From the NCBI GenBank assembly GCA_963664325.2, contig CAXXDQ010000004.1, positions 192,001-256,000 of the forward strand: a stretch of 64,000 bases of DNA. The letters run 5' to 3'. Positions 18,584-28,366 of the stretch are shown piece by piece (the stretch's first letter is position 1; every line of letters starts with the position of its first letter). The notes under the pieces are model-generated. The model was not told the origin of the DNA. It ran no database searches and was given only the letters and a program-made list of their open reading frames with translations. The translations under genes and the position numbers were made by a program. The DNA is from Desulfomonilia bacterium (GTDB lineage: Bacteria > Desulfobacterota > Desulfomonilia > UBA1062).

Positions 18584-20944
18584 GTGGCGACAATTCCGTT
18601 AGCCGGAGATACTTCGTTTATTGATTTACAGGGATATCTGTCCAGATTGAACGGTATTATAAATGACGCAGGCGGCGGCATACTTCCTTTCAGCCCGGAA
18701 GACGCCACTGCGGGCGTGGAGAACGAATTCCAGACAGCAGTAGAGGGCAGAGCCGCAAACTGCGATCTGCCGCTTACAATAAGTTCTTCGAGATACTACA
18801 AATCACTCAAGAAACGCGTCAGGTCGGGCGAGATATCCAGAAACACGGCCTCGGGGATCGACCGGTACATAAGCACCAACACATCAGGCATATGGGAGAA
18901 CAGCTGGGTCAGGATCGACATCGACAGGCTCGGCACTCATGCCCGCATGGCGCTGGACTCCGACATGAAGGCCCTGCGCGGCGATCCCTCGTCCCCGCTG
19001 CGTTCAGACGTTGACAGTTTCATGCTGAAGGAAAAAGGCCGTGACATATTGAGGGTGCCCGTAAGCTACATGCTGAAGCTCTGCCTTGCGGACGCCTCAT
19101 GGGCCGCAGGCGAAGACTCCGTTGCAAGGCATGCGGGAATAAGCGCCCTTTTATGCTTCATCAACGACAACACCTCGCCCGAGGTGTCTTCCTTTTTTCC
19201 CGTTAAACTTTCAAACTCCCCTCCTGCCGGAAGACCGAGCGCCGGCGAAACCCTCCTGAGGTTTCTGCTTATCCAGGCGCTTGCGGCCTATGCAAACACG
19301 GCATACGGCCTCAGAGAGTCCGGCCAGGAGGTCAAGATATACTTCTCCCCGCACCCGCCCGAGAGGCAGAAGATGCTCAACGAAGCGGTCTCGGACTACT
19401 TTTACCGCGAACTTTTCATGAACCCCTGCCTTTCGGGCTGGGACAGGGGGGAGGATAAACATGCATACATGAACCTGTGCCACAAGGTCCTCTCCAGGAG
19501 CCATTTGACGGCTGCAAGCAAGCTGAAGGACGCGGGCGTCACAAGCGGCAGGCACATCCTTGTACCCAGCCTGTCGAATATAAGCCTTGCAAACAACGGC
19601 ACGCATATAAGCCTGGGCAGCACTCTTCTTACGGGCCTTCTTGCGGATGCATCGAGCGGATTCACAGCACAGGACGAGAAATACACGGGGGATCTCGCCA
19701 TAAAGATCGCCGAACACTTCCTGCCCCTTTTTACCGGGACATACACGGCGGACCCCTACAGGCTGTCCTTTCCCGACTTTCACCCTGAAAAGGCCCTCGG
19801 GTTCCTACCGCATGAGCTGGATTTCACGCACCTGAGGATGCTCTGGCGCAGATGGAGGAAAAAGGCGAACCTGAGGTTCATGGGAAAAGGCCTCGCACCT
19901 TTCGGGCTCAGACGCCTGGACGGATTCCTCGGGACGCTGCCGGGACTCGAAGGCGACTATGTCGACGATTTCAGACTGATAGACTACCCCGTATGCCTCT
20001 TAAGCACGGAAGACGCACCGGCCTTCAACGGCCTGGAGGGCAGCACGGAAAGATTGAAGGCGGAACTGGAACTTCAGGGCGTGTTTGATTCGAAGATGTC
20101 CCTTTATCTTTTCTACAGGCTCAGACGGGCTCATGTTAACGGGTTCGCGGGTTTCGAAGCCAGGCACTATTCGCTTTTCTCCTCCATACTCGACGACATG
20201 GCGCAGGCCGTCAGCCTGCAATGCCTGATTACGGCGCTGGCAATGCGCTACGTGCTCTCCGGATACATAAGGCACGATGACATCCCAGACGTCCCCTTTG
20301 TCGAAAGCGAGAGGAGGCAGGCCGTATTCGGAGCAGCCATCGGCGTCCCTACGTTTTTCATAAAGAAGGACACGCCCAACAGGTTCATCGGGAAGGTCGT
20401 TTCAGACACGAAGAAAACAAGGATGAGCGCGAGATATCCCGGCTACATCAGGGTGCCTGCAGCTGAATACATGAAGGCCCTTCTTACTGCCATCTGGAAA
20501 GACGCGCCCGACCTCATAGAAAGGTTCAAAATGACCGAGACGATGAAGGACCTCGCCTGCCGGATAGAAGACCCGTTCATGTGCTCCTGCGCTTCCAGGC
20601 TTAAGAACGGCATCCTTCAGTTTGCCGGGGTGATTTCTCCGTTCGACCTCACGGCCGCGGAGTTCAATCTCGCAGCCGAAAGATATTACCGGGACGTCCT
20701 GAGGCTGAAGCATATCGACGAGGCGATTCTCGTCGCGGAAAAGGTATTTCTCAAAATGCAGAGAGACGAATGCTGGAGGGAAACGGCTGTCCGCATGTAC
20801 GGTGCGAACTCATGGCCCTCCCTGATCTCGCTCATGCGAAGTGAACTCAAGAAACCTGAAAGGCTACAGGTCGGAACAATCACGAACATGATCCACGCGA
20901 TTCTTAACGCAATAGAATATGTAAGGAGGACACAAGGCATATGA
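18584..20944 (+). CDS. Uncharacterised protein, probable GS/glutamate-cysteine ligase-fold carboxylate-amine ligase
   Basis: 786 aa, RBS AAGGAGG + GTG; motifs AGVENEFQ, NNGTHISLG, GFEARH parallel the GS/GCS GxExE, GxH, ExR motifs. Confidence 0.6.
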   Translation: MATIPLAGDTSFIDLQGYLSRLNGIINDAGGGILPFSPEDATAGVENEFQTAVEGRAANCDLPLTISSSRYYKSLKKRVRSGEISRNTASGIDRYISTNTSGIWENSWVRIDIDRLGTHARMALDSDMKALRGDPSSPLRSDVDSFMLKEKGRDILRVPVSYMLKLCLADASWAAGEDSVARHAGISALLCFINDNTSPEVSSFFPVKLSNSPPAGRPSAGETLLRFLLIQALAAYANTAYGLRESGQEVKIYFSPHPPERQKMLNEAVSDYFYRELFMNPCLSGWDRGEDKHAYMNLCHKVLSRSHLTAASKLKDAGVTSGRHILVPSLSNISLANNGTHISLGSTLLTGLLADASSGFTAQDEKYTGDLAIKIAEHFLPLFTGTYTADPYRLSFPDFHPEKALGFLPHELDFTHLRMLWRRWRKKANLRFMGKGLAPFGLRRLDGFLGTLPGLEGDYVDDFRLIDYPVCLLSTEDAPAFNGLEGSTERLKAELELQGVFDSKMSLYLFYRLRRAHVNGFAGFEARHYSLFSSILDDMAQAVSLQCLITALAMRYVLSGYIRHDDIPDVPFVESERRQAVFGAAIGVPTFFIKKDTPNRFIGKVVSDTKKTRMSARYPGYIRVPAAEYMKALLTAIWKDAPDLIERFKMTETMKDLACRIEDPFMCSCASRLKNGILQFAGVISPFDLTAAEFNLAAERYYRDVLRLKHIDEAILVAEKVFLKMQRDECWRETAVRMYGANSWPSLISLMRSELKKPERLQVGTITNMIHAILNAIEYVRRTQGI

Positions 20945-21978
20945 TACACCAGTATGTCGAAAGGAACACCGGCAGGATAGTCAACGAAAGGATTTTCGGC
21001 GACGGCATTATCGGGAGCGTCTTCAGCCCGCTGATCGAAGACTCGACGGCGGTCTACCGTGCGCTCACCTCAAAAAGGTTAAGCAGGCTTCTCTCATGGG
21101 CGGCCTTCGATTCGGTGCTGGGATCGAAAATGACAGGGGCCGCAAGATTCCTCAGGGCCTCCGGCATTGACCTGGCCGAATGCATTGACCCGCCGCGGAT
21201 GCTCGATACGCCGAGAAAGATATTCGAGAGAAGGATAAGATACTGGGACGCAAGGCCCTTGCCCGAAAACTCCTTTATGGCGGTATCGCCTGCGGACTCC
21301 AAGATGCTGGCAGGCTCGTTCAGGGAGGGGCCCGGCGTATTTCTCAAGGAAAAGCTGTTCTCGTTCGAGGAACTCATCGGGCGAAGGTACTGGCTCAAGC
21401 CCTTTTCCTCTGGCGATTTCGCGATATTCAGACTAACGCCTGAAAAATATCACTACACCCACTGTCCGGTAACCGGCGTCGTGAGAGACTTCTACGAGAT
21501 CGAGGGCCGTATGAACTCTTGCAATCCGGGGATCGTAATGAAAATCTCCAAGAGCTTTTCAAAGAACAGGCGGGTGGTCACCGTCATCGACACGGATGTA
21601 GAAGGGGGCACAGGCATCGGCCTTGTCGCGATGATAGAGATCGTTGCCCTTATGATCGGCAACATAAGGCAGGCCTATTCATCGAGGGAATATCTCTACC
21701 CGAGGGATATCATAAAGGGGATGAGGGTTGAGCGGGGCATGCCGAAGGCCCTGTTCATGCCCGGCAGCTCGACAGTAGTGCTCATGTTCGAGGAGGGCCG
21801 GATAAAATTTCACGACGACATCCTTACGAACATGCGAAGAAAGGCCTCCAGCAGGTACTCGGTCGGATTCGGGGGATCGATAGTCGAGACCGAGGTCGCT
21901 GTCAGATCAGGCATAGCGGACAGGGTGGAGCCCGAAGGGGGCGGCGGATGGCGGAAATTCTATTCCTGGCTGTTCTAG
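20941..21978 (+). CDS. Phosphatidylserine decarboxylase-family proenzyme
   Basis: SPADS, RLTPEKYHYTHCP, NRR, IVALMIG, PGSSTVVL self-cleavage motif; ATGA overlap with upstream gene. Confidence 0.85.
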   Translation: MIHQYVERNTGRIVNERIFGDGIIGSVFSPLIEDSTAVYRALTSKRLSRLLSWAAFDSVLGSKMTGAARFLRASGIDLAECIDPPRMLDTPRKIFERRIRYWDARPLPENSFMAVSPADSKMLAGSFREGPGVFLKEKLFSFEELIGRRYWLKPFSSGDFAIFRLTPEKYHYTHCPVTGVVRDFYEIEGRMNSCNPGIVMKISKSFSKNRRVVTVIDTDVEGGTGIGLVAMIEIVALMIGNIRQAYSSREYLYPRDIIKGMRVERGMPKALFMPGSSTVVLMFEEGRIKFHDDILTNMRRKASSRYSVGFGGSIVETEVAVRSGIADRVEPEGGGGWRKFYSWLF

Positions 21979-22988
21979 CCGCCATCCCCGGCCTGATGTT
22001 CCTCTGGGGCTTCAGGGTGCTGCCCCGCGAAGGCTGGCAGATCATGGCAGCCGTGCCGGTGCGTAAAACTGAAAACGGCTGGCAGGGCGTCAACCTGTTG
22101 TGGTATGGATTTTTTATAGCCACATCAGTGGTATTCGGAATGGCGGTGGTTTATGTCCTGCTCCGCTCAATAAAAGTTCCCGTTCTATCCATAATGACTG
22201 CATCGGCCTCGGTGATTGCCTTATGCCTGCCTGCGGCTGCAATCGTTGCAAGAATAATAGAAGGAAAGAAGCATACATTCACGGTCGGCGGGGCATCTTT
22301 CATCGGAATCATTCTTGCCCCGTGGATATTTCTTGCCATAAACAGCTTCGAACCAATCAAGTTCAATGTACCTGTGATGGCAGTTCTGGCTGCAATGTCC
22401 GTTGGCTATGCCTTTGGGGAAGGCATGGGAAGACTTGCCTGCATAAGTTTCGGCTGCTGCTACGGCAAACCCATAAAAGAGTGTTCTGCACCGGTCAGAA
22501 AGCTGTTCAGCAGGTTTCACTTCGTCTTTCACGGCGTCACCAAGAAGATTGCATATTCACAGGGCCTGGACGGCCAGCAGGTTGTACCTGTCCAGGCTGT
22601 TACGGCGATCATCCTGAGTATCACGGGTATAACCGGCACAATTATTTTCTTATCAGGGGCTTTTGCATTGTCTTTTGTTCTGACGGTTTGCACCACACAG
22701 ATATGGCGTATACTTTCGGAATTCCTGAGGGCGGATTTCAGGGGTCATCAGAGGTTTTCCGCATACCAGGCAATGGCAGTTATTGCAGCGGCATCCACGT
22801 TTGCAGTTTCACTCTTCTTGAAAAGTCATCCTGTGCCGGTTGATATAAGCGCCGGACTTGTTTCATTATGGAGCCCCGGCGCAATAATATTCTTTCAGGC
22901 GGCCTGGCTTGCATCGTTTCTTTATACCGGCAGAAGTTCGGTCACGTCATCACGCATCCATTTTCATGTCATGAAGGACAGGGTCTGA
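21948..22988 (+). CDS. Lgt (prolipoprotein diacylglyceryl transferase)-like membrane protein
   Basis: Multi-TM; GRLAC...GCCYG, PVQ, RILSEFLRAD. Confidence 0.75.
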   Translation: MAEILFLAVLAAIPGLMFLWGFRVLPREGWQIMAAVPVRKTENGWQGVNLLWYGFFIATSVVFGMAVVYVLLRSIKVPVLSIMTASASVIALCLPAAAIVARIIEGKKHTFTVGGASFIGIILAPWIFLAINSFEPIKFNVPVMAVLAAMSVGYAFGEGMGRLACISFGCCYGKPIKECSAPVRKLFSRFHFVFHGVTKKIAYSQGLDGQQVVPVQAVTAIILSITGITGTIIFLSGAFALSFVLTVCTTQIWRILSEFLRADFRGHQRFSAYQAMAVIAAASTFAVSLFLKSHPVPVDISAGLVSLWSPGAIIFFQAAWLASFLYTGRSSVTSSRIHFHVMKDRV

Positions 22989-23130
22989 ATCAGAGTATTG
23001 CAAACCGTATTTCATTCCGGAGCAGTCCGCATGAAAGGAATATCCGGGGTAGCATTGCATTTTTTTGCCCCGGTCTTCATTGCAGTATCCGGTACCGGAT
23101 GCGGCATTTGTCAGCGTCCCTGATATGCTC

Positions 23131-23925
23131 TTATTTGATCAGCATGATGACGCCCAAAATCAGGACCAGCAGGATAAACGCAATTCCATAGACCTTTTCC
23201 AGGGCCTTTACGTCGATTCTTGCAAGAATCGGCGGCCCCAGAAATGCGCCGATGACCGAACCGGCGCTCAGTGAGAAAATCAACGGCCAATCAAGACCTG
23301 CCGAAAAGACATGGCCCAGAAAGCCGGAGATCGAGTTGAACAGAACCACCAGCACCGAGGTCCCGACAATTGTGGATACCGGCAGACCAAGGATATAGAG
23401 ACCGGCGACAATCGAGGCTGTTCCGCTGGTTCCAAAAAGTCCTGCCATTATTCCGGACAGGGCGCCGAAGAAGCAGCTCAGGACAACACGGTATGCATCA
23501 AGCGGTTTCGGCTCTTTTTTGGACGCCCCGGCCTTTTCCAGCCGGTTCCTGCTTGTCAGTATCATCGGAATCGTCAGGATTATCGAGTACACGCCGAAGC
23601 CCTTCTGGAGAATCGATGCCGACATCAGGTGCGAGCTGTACGCTCCGATAAGTGCACCGAACAGACCAGAAAAACCGAAGAGGAGACCGATTCGCAAATC
23701 GATGTTGCCTTTTCTATAGTGCCCTATTGAGCCTACGACGACTGTCGGTATCGTTGCCGCCAGTGAAGTTGCAATCGCAATTTGAGCCGGGATGTGAAAT
23801 AAGAGAACCAGAATCGGAACATAGAAAAATCCTCCGCCCCCGCCAAATACCGTTACAAGCAGACCGATAGCAAGGCCTGTCAATGAAAGCAAAAGGGTCA
23901 TCAATAAAAGAGAGGGATTCAACAT
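23131..23925 (-). CDS. TauE/SafE family sulfite exporter-like permease
   Basis: GGGGG..VP, AIATSL, duplicated halves, about 8 TM. Confidence 0.88.
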   Translation of the reverse strand: MLNPSLLLMTLLLSLTGLAIGLLVTVFGGGGGFFYVPILVLLFHIPAQIAIATSLAATIPTVVVGSIGHYRKGNIDLRIGLLFGFSGLFGALIGAYSSHLMSASILQKGFGVYSIILTIPMILTSRNRLEKAGASKKEPKPLDAYRVVLSCFFGALSGIMAGLFGTSGTASIVAGLYILGLPVSTIVGTSVLVVLFNSISGFLGHVFSAGLDWPLIFSLSAGSVIGAFLGPPILARIDVKALEKVYGIAFILLVLILGVIMLIK

Positions 23926-24054
23926 ATTCTCATCTCCACTTATACATCGACAAATTGAGCGAAAAAATCAGCCGGAGAACAAAAGCCGCCTGGCTTTGAT
24001 CCATGACGAATTGATTACCTTGTCTCATTTCAAAGCCTGTTGCTCGAAACATCA

Positions 24055-25221
24055 CTAGGGTCTAAAAATGATTACTCCTTCTGAGCAAGCTCGTCTTGCT
24101 GATCTACTGACACAATTTCCACCAAGTGTACTAAAATTACTTTCGACCTCAATCAATTCAACATTTGAAAATAACTTCTTCCCAAAAGAAACAAAAGTGT
24201 TTGCACTTAATCCATTTCTCGCTTTATGCATTGGAAATGTTAAAACAAGTTTTAAATGGTTATCAGCACATATTGTTAATAGTTCTTTAGCCGCATTATG
24301 AGACTCAGATCTACGGCTGAACTCAGAGGCAGGTCTTTGAGATAAAGGAGGATAACGCCCTTGTCCAGACGGATCAAACTCTAAACCATTAACAATGGTT
24401 TCAAGAACATGATAAAAACGACTGTAATGAACATCAGTATAAGGAGGATCAGCAAAAACCAAATCTCCAGGTTCTAATTTAGATAATGTATCACGAAAAT
24501 CAATTTTGTAAGCTTGTCCTTTAACATTTGAACAACGTCTAGATATTTCAATCAATGCTTTAGATACATTTGAAAATATTTCTCTGGACCATGCTTCAAT
24601 TATATATTCAACTGCACCCATTGTCGGTTGAAAAGGTTGGGCTGTATGACCTGGTGACGCAGAGCATTTGCTGGCTGTTTCAACAAGCGCCGCAAGAGCT
24701 GAGTATTTTATTATTCCTTTTGGTAATGTCTGTCTTAATGAATCTAACTGAATCGCCTGAAGAGGAGAGAAATAGTATCCGCCATAAGATCGTGTTATAG
24801 GCCAATTTCCGCCTATATGACTTAGTACAGGTGCTAACGAATATTCACAAAACTTTCTGCAGCGAATAATTGCAGGAACAAACTTAGCAGGTGTAACGCC
24901 ATCAATATCAATTGAATTCTTATCATTAGGAAAATAGTTCAAAACTTCTTTTACCTTTTCATCTGCAGAAGCAAACCATTCATTTATTGTATTTTGGGGT
25001 TTAAAATGAGAATTCCTTTTTAGCACCGCCGCGGCACGGATAACTGAAAATTCCTGCAAATCACCTGCTATGATAGTGGCATTAGTATTTTCAGCCAAGA
25101 ACCATGAGACAGCAGCAGAACCACAAAATGGGTCTGCTATTCTTTCTGAACTATTAGACTCATCTATAAGAATATCTCCAAGAATTGGAAGCATTCGGCC
25201 TTTATGGCCCATAAACTTCAT
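24055..25221 (-). CDS. N6-adenine DNA methyltransferase (D12/Dam-FokI-like class)
   Basis: MKFMGHK, motif I DPFCGSAAVS, motif IV DPPY, HYSRFYHVLET; ATGA overlap with upstream gene. Confidence 0.88.
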   Translation of the reverse strand: MKFMGHKGRMLPILGDILIDESNSSERIADPFCGSAAVSWFLAENTNATIIAGDLQEFSVIRAAAVLKRNSHFKPQNTINEWFASADEKVKEVLNYFPNDKNSIDIDGVTPAKFVPAIIRCRKFCEYSLAPVLSHIGGNWPITRSYGGYYFSPLQAIQLDSLRQTLPKGIIKYSALAALVETASKCSASPGHTAQPFQPTMGAVEYIIEAWSREIFSNVSKALIEISRRCSNVKGQAYKIDFRDTLSKLEPGDLVFADPPYTDVHYSRFYHVLETIVNGLEFDPSGQGRYPPLSQRPASEFSRRSESHNAAKELLTICADNHLKLVLTFPMHKARNGLSANTFVSFGKKLFSNVELIEVESNFSTLGGNCVSRSARRACSEGVIIFRP

Positions 25222-26561
25222 AGGCCTAACCCCCAAAGGCCGATTCTTTCACATGTTCCTAAAGTACTAGCTGATGAACCATTGATTTTCCAGAAGTTAT
25301 AATAAGACTTTTCCGTACTCGAATCATCCCAAGAAATTAAATCTTGGAGTGCATCATGAATATCTGCCCAAAGATCAATTATGTTTTCAGGTTCATTGCC
25401 ATTATGCCACAAACAACGATCTTCACCGATTCGTGTCCACCAAAAACATAGACTATTAATATCTTCTTGATTTAAGGAACATAAAAAATTGCTACATGAA
25501 CCAGTTGATATCCTAAGCAAAAGAGAAGCTCTAGCAATAACTTGTCTATGGTGATTGGGATCTGTATGGCCAACTTGCCCCCTTGCATCTGAAAGAATCA
25601 AGGTAGAATCTGAATTATTAAGAAAATTACTCCATTCTTGAGAAGTTAAATCACTTGGAGAAATAAAATGAAGCATATTATCAATTTGTTGCCTGAATAT
25701 ATTCTTTGCTTGTGTATGAGTTCTTTTTTGTGGATGGTTGAATTTAAAAAATGTTTGAAGGCTATCTTTAAGTAAAAATCTATCAAGTTTAGCAAAACGC
25801 AATGTTTCAGATGGCTCAAACAAAACCCAAAAATCACTTAATTGATCTACTATGTTATCTATATTCAATGCTCTTGGTGCAGTAAAAGCTGTTGGTCTAT
25901 AGCTTGCAAAATTTCTAGAATCCCTATCTTCGCAAAGTCTTTTAATATCTATACCCCATTGTTTGAGCCAGTTAGAGGCGATAATTGATCTACTTCCTGA
26001 ACCTATATGAAAGTTGTTCATCCATTCTTTTAGAGGAAGTCCTCCAGGTTTAATTACTGAAAATATTAAATCAGTAGCAGCATTTGTAGATATCCAGAAT
26101 TCCAAAGCCTCCCATGTGAATTTATGAGTACTTTTATCACCTGGAATGCCTTTGCATGTTCTATGATTATCGACAATAAAATGATTATTATCAAAAACTC
26201 CTATTCCTTCTGATGCAAGTAAAGCCATTGCTGCTCTTAGTTCAGAATAATATCCTAGATGTCTTGACACATCACTATCTCCTTTAAGATGTGCTTCAAT
26301 AGCTCTTCCAAGAAAACTCCAACCATCCATACAATGTGTTAGAGATGAGGCAGCAATATACTGTCTTAAATGAGAATAAACAGGTAATCTTCTATTTGTT
26401 TTATCCTTCTTGATTTTTTTAATCGGATCAGATGCATATTTGTTATTACTTTTTAACCATTGATTACTAACCCAATTCTGGGCAAGATAAGTAAATTCAA
26501 TTTCAATGGGATGCCTTGAAGCATTATTTAATATGGATGTTTGTTGGGGACTTAAAGGCAT
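25218..26561 (-). CDS. Hypothetical protein with HEPN-like signatures
   Basis: HLGYYSELRAAMALLASEG...TH and RDSRNFASY resemble the HEPN N-terminal YY helix and R-x4-(H/Y) motif; low GC. Confidence 0.55.
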   Translation of the reverse strand: MPLSPQQTSILNNASRHPIEIEFTYLAQNWVSNQWLKSNNKYASDPIKKIKKDKTNRRLPVYSHLRQYIAASSLTHCMDGWSFLGRAIEAHLKGDSDVSRHLGYYSELRAAMALLASEGIGVFDNNHFIVDNHRTCKGIPGDKSTHKFTWEALEFWISTNAATDLIFSVIKPGGLPLKEWMNNFHIGSGSRSIIASNWLKQWGIDIKRLCEDRDSRNFASYRPTAFTAPRALNIDNIVDQLSDFWVLFEPSETLRFAKLDRFLLKDSLQTFFKFNHPQKRTHTQAKNIFRQQIDNMLHFISPSDLTSQEWSNFLNNSDSTLILSDARGQVGHTDPNHHRQVIARASLLLRISTGSCSNFLCSLNQEDINSLCFWWTRIGEDRCLWHNGNEPENIIDLWADIHDALQDLISWDDSSTEKSYYNFWKINGSSASTLGTCERIGLWGLGL

Positions 26562-26563
26562 AT

Positions 26564-28075
26564 TCAATCCCATTCCATTGTTTTCAATATAGTTTTACTA
26601 ACCAATGCAACATCCGAGATACCTTCTTTAGCAAGATGTCTTAGAAGATGTCTTCGTAATTCTTTGTAACCCCCACTACCTCTAAAAGCTGCCTTTAAAA
26701 GACTCTCATGTTCTGAAAGACCTTCAGTTCCAGAAGCACGCCAGTCATATGAAGAAATAGAATCCGCAATTTCTTTGATAAATTGAATAATATCTTTTTC
26801 CTTTTTTAGTGAATCTATCGCAGATGTAATACGCTCTGTTTCATCTAACTCTGAGTTTTTATTACTACCCCATGACGAGAGTTTGAGAGATTCTGCTTTG
26901 ATGAAAAACAAGTCATTTGTGACATGAAGAATGGCTCTGATACCTTGATCTTGATTAAGTAATGAGTTGCGCCCATAAAAAGCCTCTCCTTCATTTTGAT
27001 CTTGGAAGGTTTTTATCCATGGATAATTTGATTTTTTTATTGAATTTCTAATATGTTGACCAATAACAATTAAAAATGCAGTTTGTTCTTCTCTACTCCA
27101 TGGCAGTACTTCTTTATGACTTCCAACAGGTGCTCCGAATAATCCACCTATTTTACTTCTACCTTCCCAATTTTTAATGTAAGTCGAAAGTAATGATTTT
27201 ATCCAAGCTGATTGTGTAACCATTAAACCCTTGTTACCGGGTTCCCCAAGCATATTAATTCGATGGTGCCATGGACTATCAGGATGTGACCAAAGCATAT
27301 CTACAATTTCCTGGGCGCGTGCCTCACGATAAATAATAGGTCCTTCAAATTTATTAAGCCAGTCTTCAGCTCTTAATAATGGATAAAGATCAAATGCCAG
27401 ACTCGCATTAATTTTCTTTGGCTTGATATTAATTGTATAAAAAAGATAAGCTTGCCAGCTTAGATCAAGGCCTACAAATGCTACTACTGGAAGTTCAAAG
27501 TCACCTTTAAAATCTGAATCTTCAAACGCCCACAGCCTGTGTTGGCCATCAATAATCTCAATTGGAGGAATAGTTTTATGTTTCCAGTTATTATCATTAT
27601 ATATTTCGGGTAGCTCAAGTTTTGAAATACTATCATCAATATCGATAATTCTTACTACATCTGATGAATCAATTTTTTTCCCTCGTCTGGAATCATTTTC
27701 TTTTAATATATTTATTACAATTGCGGTTGGTAACCATCCAGGTTTTCTTAAATCTTTAAACTCCTCTGATTCTCTTTTTGCTTTAGTCAAATCAGACCAT
27801 GGATAGCCATACTGAACAAATCTGGATATTTCTTTTGATCGTTCTTCTTCGTGCCTTCGTTGTATTCCCATGTCATCCCTACCACGTTGACGGTCGGAGG
27901 TTGTTCTTGAATAAACACCGCTTAAAGATTTAAGTGTTGAAGCTGAAATACTGAATTGATAAAACCAATGCTGCGGTTCTGATCTTTTCTCATATGGGTT
28001 CCATTCAACTTCTTCCCAAGCTTTAAGCCATTGCTTAACTTTTAAGGCTGGGATGCTTTTCACAATACTGTTCAT
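26564..28075 (-). CDS. DGQHR (DndB-like, ParB-superfamily) domain protein
   Basis: GIQR, PTAIVIN, IIDGQHRL, FYTIN.KPKKI; RBS GGAGAAGG before ATG 28075; low GC. Confidence 0.9.
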   Translation of the reverse strand: MNSIVKSIPALKVKQWLKAWEEVEWNPYEKRSEPQHWFYQFSISASTLKSLSGVYSRTTSDRQRGRDDMGIQRRHEEERSKEISRFVQYGYPWSDLTKAKRESEEFKDLRKPGWLPTAIVINILKENDSRRGKKIDSSDVVRIIDIDDSISKLELPEIYNDNNWKHKTIPPIEIIDGQHRLWAFEDSDFKGDFELPVVAFVGLDLSWQAYLFYTINIKPKKINASLAFDLYPLLRAEDWLNKFEGPIIYREARAQEIVDMLWSHPDSPWHHRINMLGEPGNKGLMVTQSAWIKSLLSTYIKNWEGRSKIGGLFGAPVGSHKEVLPWSREEQTAFLIVIGQHIRNSIKKSNYPWIKTFQDQNEGEAFYGRNSLLNQDQGIRAILHVTNDLFFIKAESLKLSSWGSNKNSELDETERITSAIDSLKKEKDIIQFIKEIADSISSYDWRASGTEGLSEHESLLKAAFRGSGGYKELRRHLLRHLAKEGISDVALVSKTILKTMEWD

Positions 28076-28280
28076 ATATACCTTCTCCATAAATTCATAA
28101 AAAAGTTATGACATATATTTAATTTGTTAATTTATATACTTCATTCGGTATAATTCCAAAATTTATTTATAAATATAACATAAAAAATACATCTAAAATT
28201 CCATTAGATTCAAATTGTGATTCAAACCCTTTAGTATACTAATAAGCATACCCAACATACAGGGCGTTAGAACAAAGCAG

Positions 28281-28362
28281 GTCAAGGAGTGACGAAGGCT
28301 AGAAGCGAGACATACTTTTAGCGTATGTCGCAGCGATGAGCCGAGGAATGACGCAGAGATGC
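28281..28362. repeat. REP-like intergenic palindromic element at island edge
   Basis: GACATAC-ttttagc-GTATGTC hairpin within CAAGGAG...GACGCAGAGATG; recalled resemblance to deltaproteobacterial intergenic repeats. Confidence 0.45.
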
Positions 28363-28366
28363 AAAG

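Noticed and set aside
26564-28075. Dnd phosphorothioation system
   Set aside because: Only a DndB-like domain is present; no dndA/C/D/E or ssp genes in the window
28245-28275. attC-like core pair on the minus strand (TTCTAAC...GTTGGGT) upstream of the DGQHR gene
   Set aside because: Only about 9 bp apart, far shorter than a real attC; no L boxes or integrase seen
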